Source of the DNA: Octopus bimaculoides
Taxonomy: Eukaryota
Direction: 5' to 3'
DNA: 64,000 nucleotides
NCBI RefSeq assembly: GCF_001194135.2
Contig: NC_068991.1
Coordinates: forward strand, 71,034,531-71,098,530
Positions 62,356 through 64,000 of this stretch are shown piece by piece (the stretch's first letter is position 1; each line of letters starts with the position of its first letter). The notes beneath the pieces are model-generated. The model was not told where the DNA came from. It saw only the letters and a list, made by a program, of their open reading frames with translations, and did not search any database. A program made the position numbers and the translations under genes.

Positions 62356-64000
62356 ACACATATAATTGTGTATATAAATAAATTATGTATATATGTGGTT
62401 AAGTGAATATAATTATATACGTGTATATTTATACTATCATGTAGATACCTTAGTCAACTTGAGGGAAGAAGAAAATTGGGTATGAAATATATAAGATAGA
62501 GATACCCCTGGGTGGCGGCGTCTGTGTGTGTGCTCAACACACATACACACACACCTATCACATTAAAGTAGGGATTCAAGATGCTTTATTTATATCGGTC
62601 ATTATTATTATTATTATTATTGTAGATGTATTAATTAATGTTTACCGTATGGATAAACAGAAGCAGATATCCGCTGCTTCTCTGCTTCCCTCGTTCCGCT
62701 CCCATCCTGCTAAGCTCCCCACTGCCATCCTCTTGTCCCATCCTCTGTTGTTACTTGTATTATTTCATGTAGAAATGATCTGTGCAGATCAGGGGGATAA
62801 AAAAAAAAAAACTGGTGAAAGGGGTGGAGGGTACATTCGGAGGAATGGTGGTCTTGGGTGGCGGGTAGCTGGGTGGGTGTCTTCCTTCTTGATTTTTCAT
62901 GTTTTTATTTTATATACATATTTTTCCCCCCACCCCCACCCCATTTTGTTCTTTCCTTTTTGTTGTGATTGTCAAAAATCTAATGTNNNNNNNNNNNNNN
63001 NNNNNNNNNNNNNNNNNNNNNNNNNNNNNNNNNNNNNNNNNNNNNNNNNNNNNNNNNNNNNNNNNNNNNNNNNNNNNNNNNNNNNNNNNNNNNNNNNNNN
63101 NNNNNNNNNNNNNNNNNNNNNNNNNNNNNNNNNNNNNNNNNNNNNNNNNNNNNNNNNNNNNNNNNNNNNNNNNNNNNNNNNNNNNNNNNNNNNNNNNNNN
63201 NNNNNNNNNNNNNNNNNNNNNNNNNNNNNNNNNNNNNNNNNNNNNNNNNNNNNNNNNNNNNNNNNNNNNNNNNNNNNNNNNNNNNNNNNNNNNNNNNNNN
63301 NNNNNNNNNNNNNNNNNNNNNNNNNNNNNNNNNNNNNNNNNNNNNNNNNNNNNNNNNNNNNNNNNNNNNNNNNNNNNNNNNNNNNNNNNNNNNNNNNNNN
63401 NNNNNNNNNNNNNNNNNNNNNNNNNNNNNNNNNNNNNNNNNNNNNNNNNNNNNNNNNNNNNNNNNNNNNNNNNNNNNNNNNNNNNNNNNNNNNNNNNNNN
63501 NNNNNNNNNNNNNNNNNNNNNNNNNNNNNNNNNNNNNNNNNNNNNNNNNNNNNNNNNNNNNNNNNNNNNNNNNNNNNNNNNNNNNNNNNNNNNNNNNNNN
63601 NNNNNNNNNNNNNNNNNNNNNNNNNNNNNNNNNNNNNNNNNNNNNNNNNNNNNNNNNNNNNNNNNNNNNNNNNNNNNNNNNNNNNNNNNNNNNNNNNNNN
63701 NNNNNNNNNNNNNNNNNNNNNNNNNNNNNNNNNNNNNNNNNNNNNNNNNNNNNNNNNNNNNNNNNNNNNNNNNNNNNNNNNNNNNNNNNNNNNNNNNNNN
63801 NNNNNNNNNNNNNNNNNNNNNNNNNNNNNNNNNNNNNNNNNNNNNNNNNNNNNNNNNNNNNNNNNNNNNNNNNNNNNNNNNNNNNNNNNNNNNNNNNNNN
63901 NNNNNNNNNNNNNNNNNNNNNNNNNNNNNNNNNNNNTCATCTCAGTTCTATTGTGAAGAGAATAGAATGTTTTTAGACTTTTGTCCAGTTCTGGTTCTTC

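Noticed and set aside
10286-63956. Long ORFs on the track (e.g. 292, 374 and 476 aa)
   Set aside because: They span N gaps (X runs) and are not real reading frames.
1-64000. CRISPR arrays, rRNA, prokaryotic operons
   Set aside because: No regularly spaced repeat-spacer array or rRNA-like sequence seen; the DNA is eukaryotic and repeat-rich.

Overview
AT-rich, microsatellite-dense animal DNA with many scaffold gaps (N runs at about 5.3k, 10.5-11.1k, 19.8-20.4k, 34.9-35.2k, 40.5-41.3k, 46.0-46.3k, 48.2-48.5k, 53.1-53.5k, 58.4-58.7k and 63.0-63.9k). The repeat complement looks like an octopod cephalopod genome; this is an inference from recalled repeat families, not a search. No intact protein-coding gene is recognisable, so the window reads as intronic or intergenic. 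Almost all ORFs on the supplied track are artefacts of N runs, (TA)/(CA)/(TG)/(CT) microsatellites or SINE read-through. Content: several tRNA-derived SINE families (working names A, B, C, H, I, plus a short repeat D), TTAA-flanked piggyBac-type MITEs, hAT-type and Tc1/pogo-type MITEs, and decayed RTE-clade LINE pieces (an endonuclease domain, an ORF2 C-terminus, and an open two-C2H2-finger 3' end). Most interesting signals: (1) a complete-looking minimal type I hammerhead ribozyme at 49160-49216 (minus strand), with decayed relatives at 62117-62152 and 57480-57492, suggesting a short non-coding Penelope-like or retrozyme-like element family; (2) a ~70-nt pre-miRNA-like hairpin at 53512-53580 that also contains an 18-nt microexon with canonical splice sites; (3) two perfect 47-50 bp fold-backs (32687-32887 and 57415-57534); (4) a tandem tRNA-Thr(CGT)-like gene relic at 26.2-26.7k; (5) a one-strand cluster of eight TGTCA motifs at 9.3-9.6k. 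All coordinates were read by eye; repeat boundaries are approximate.
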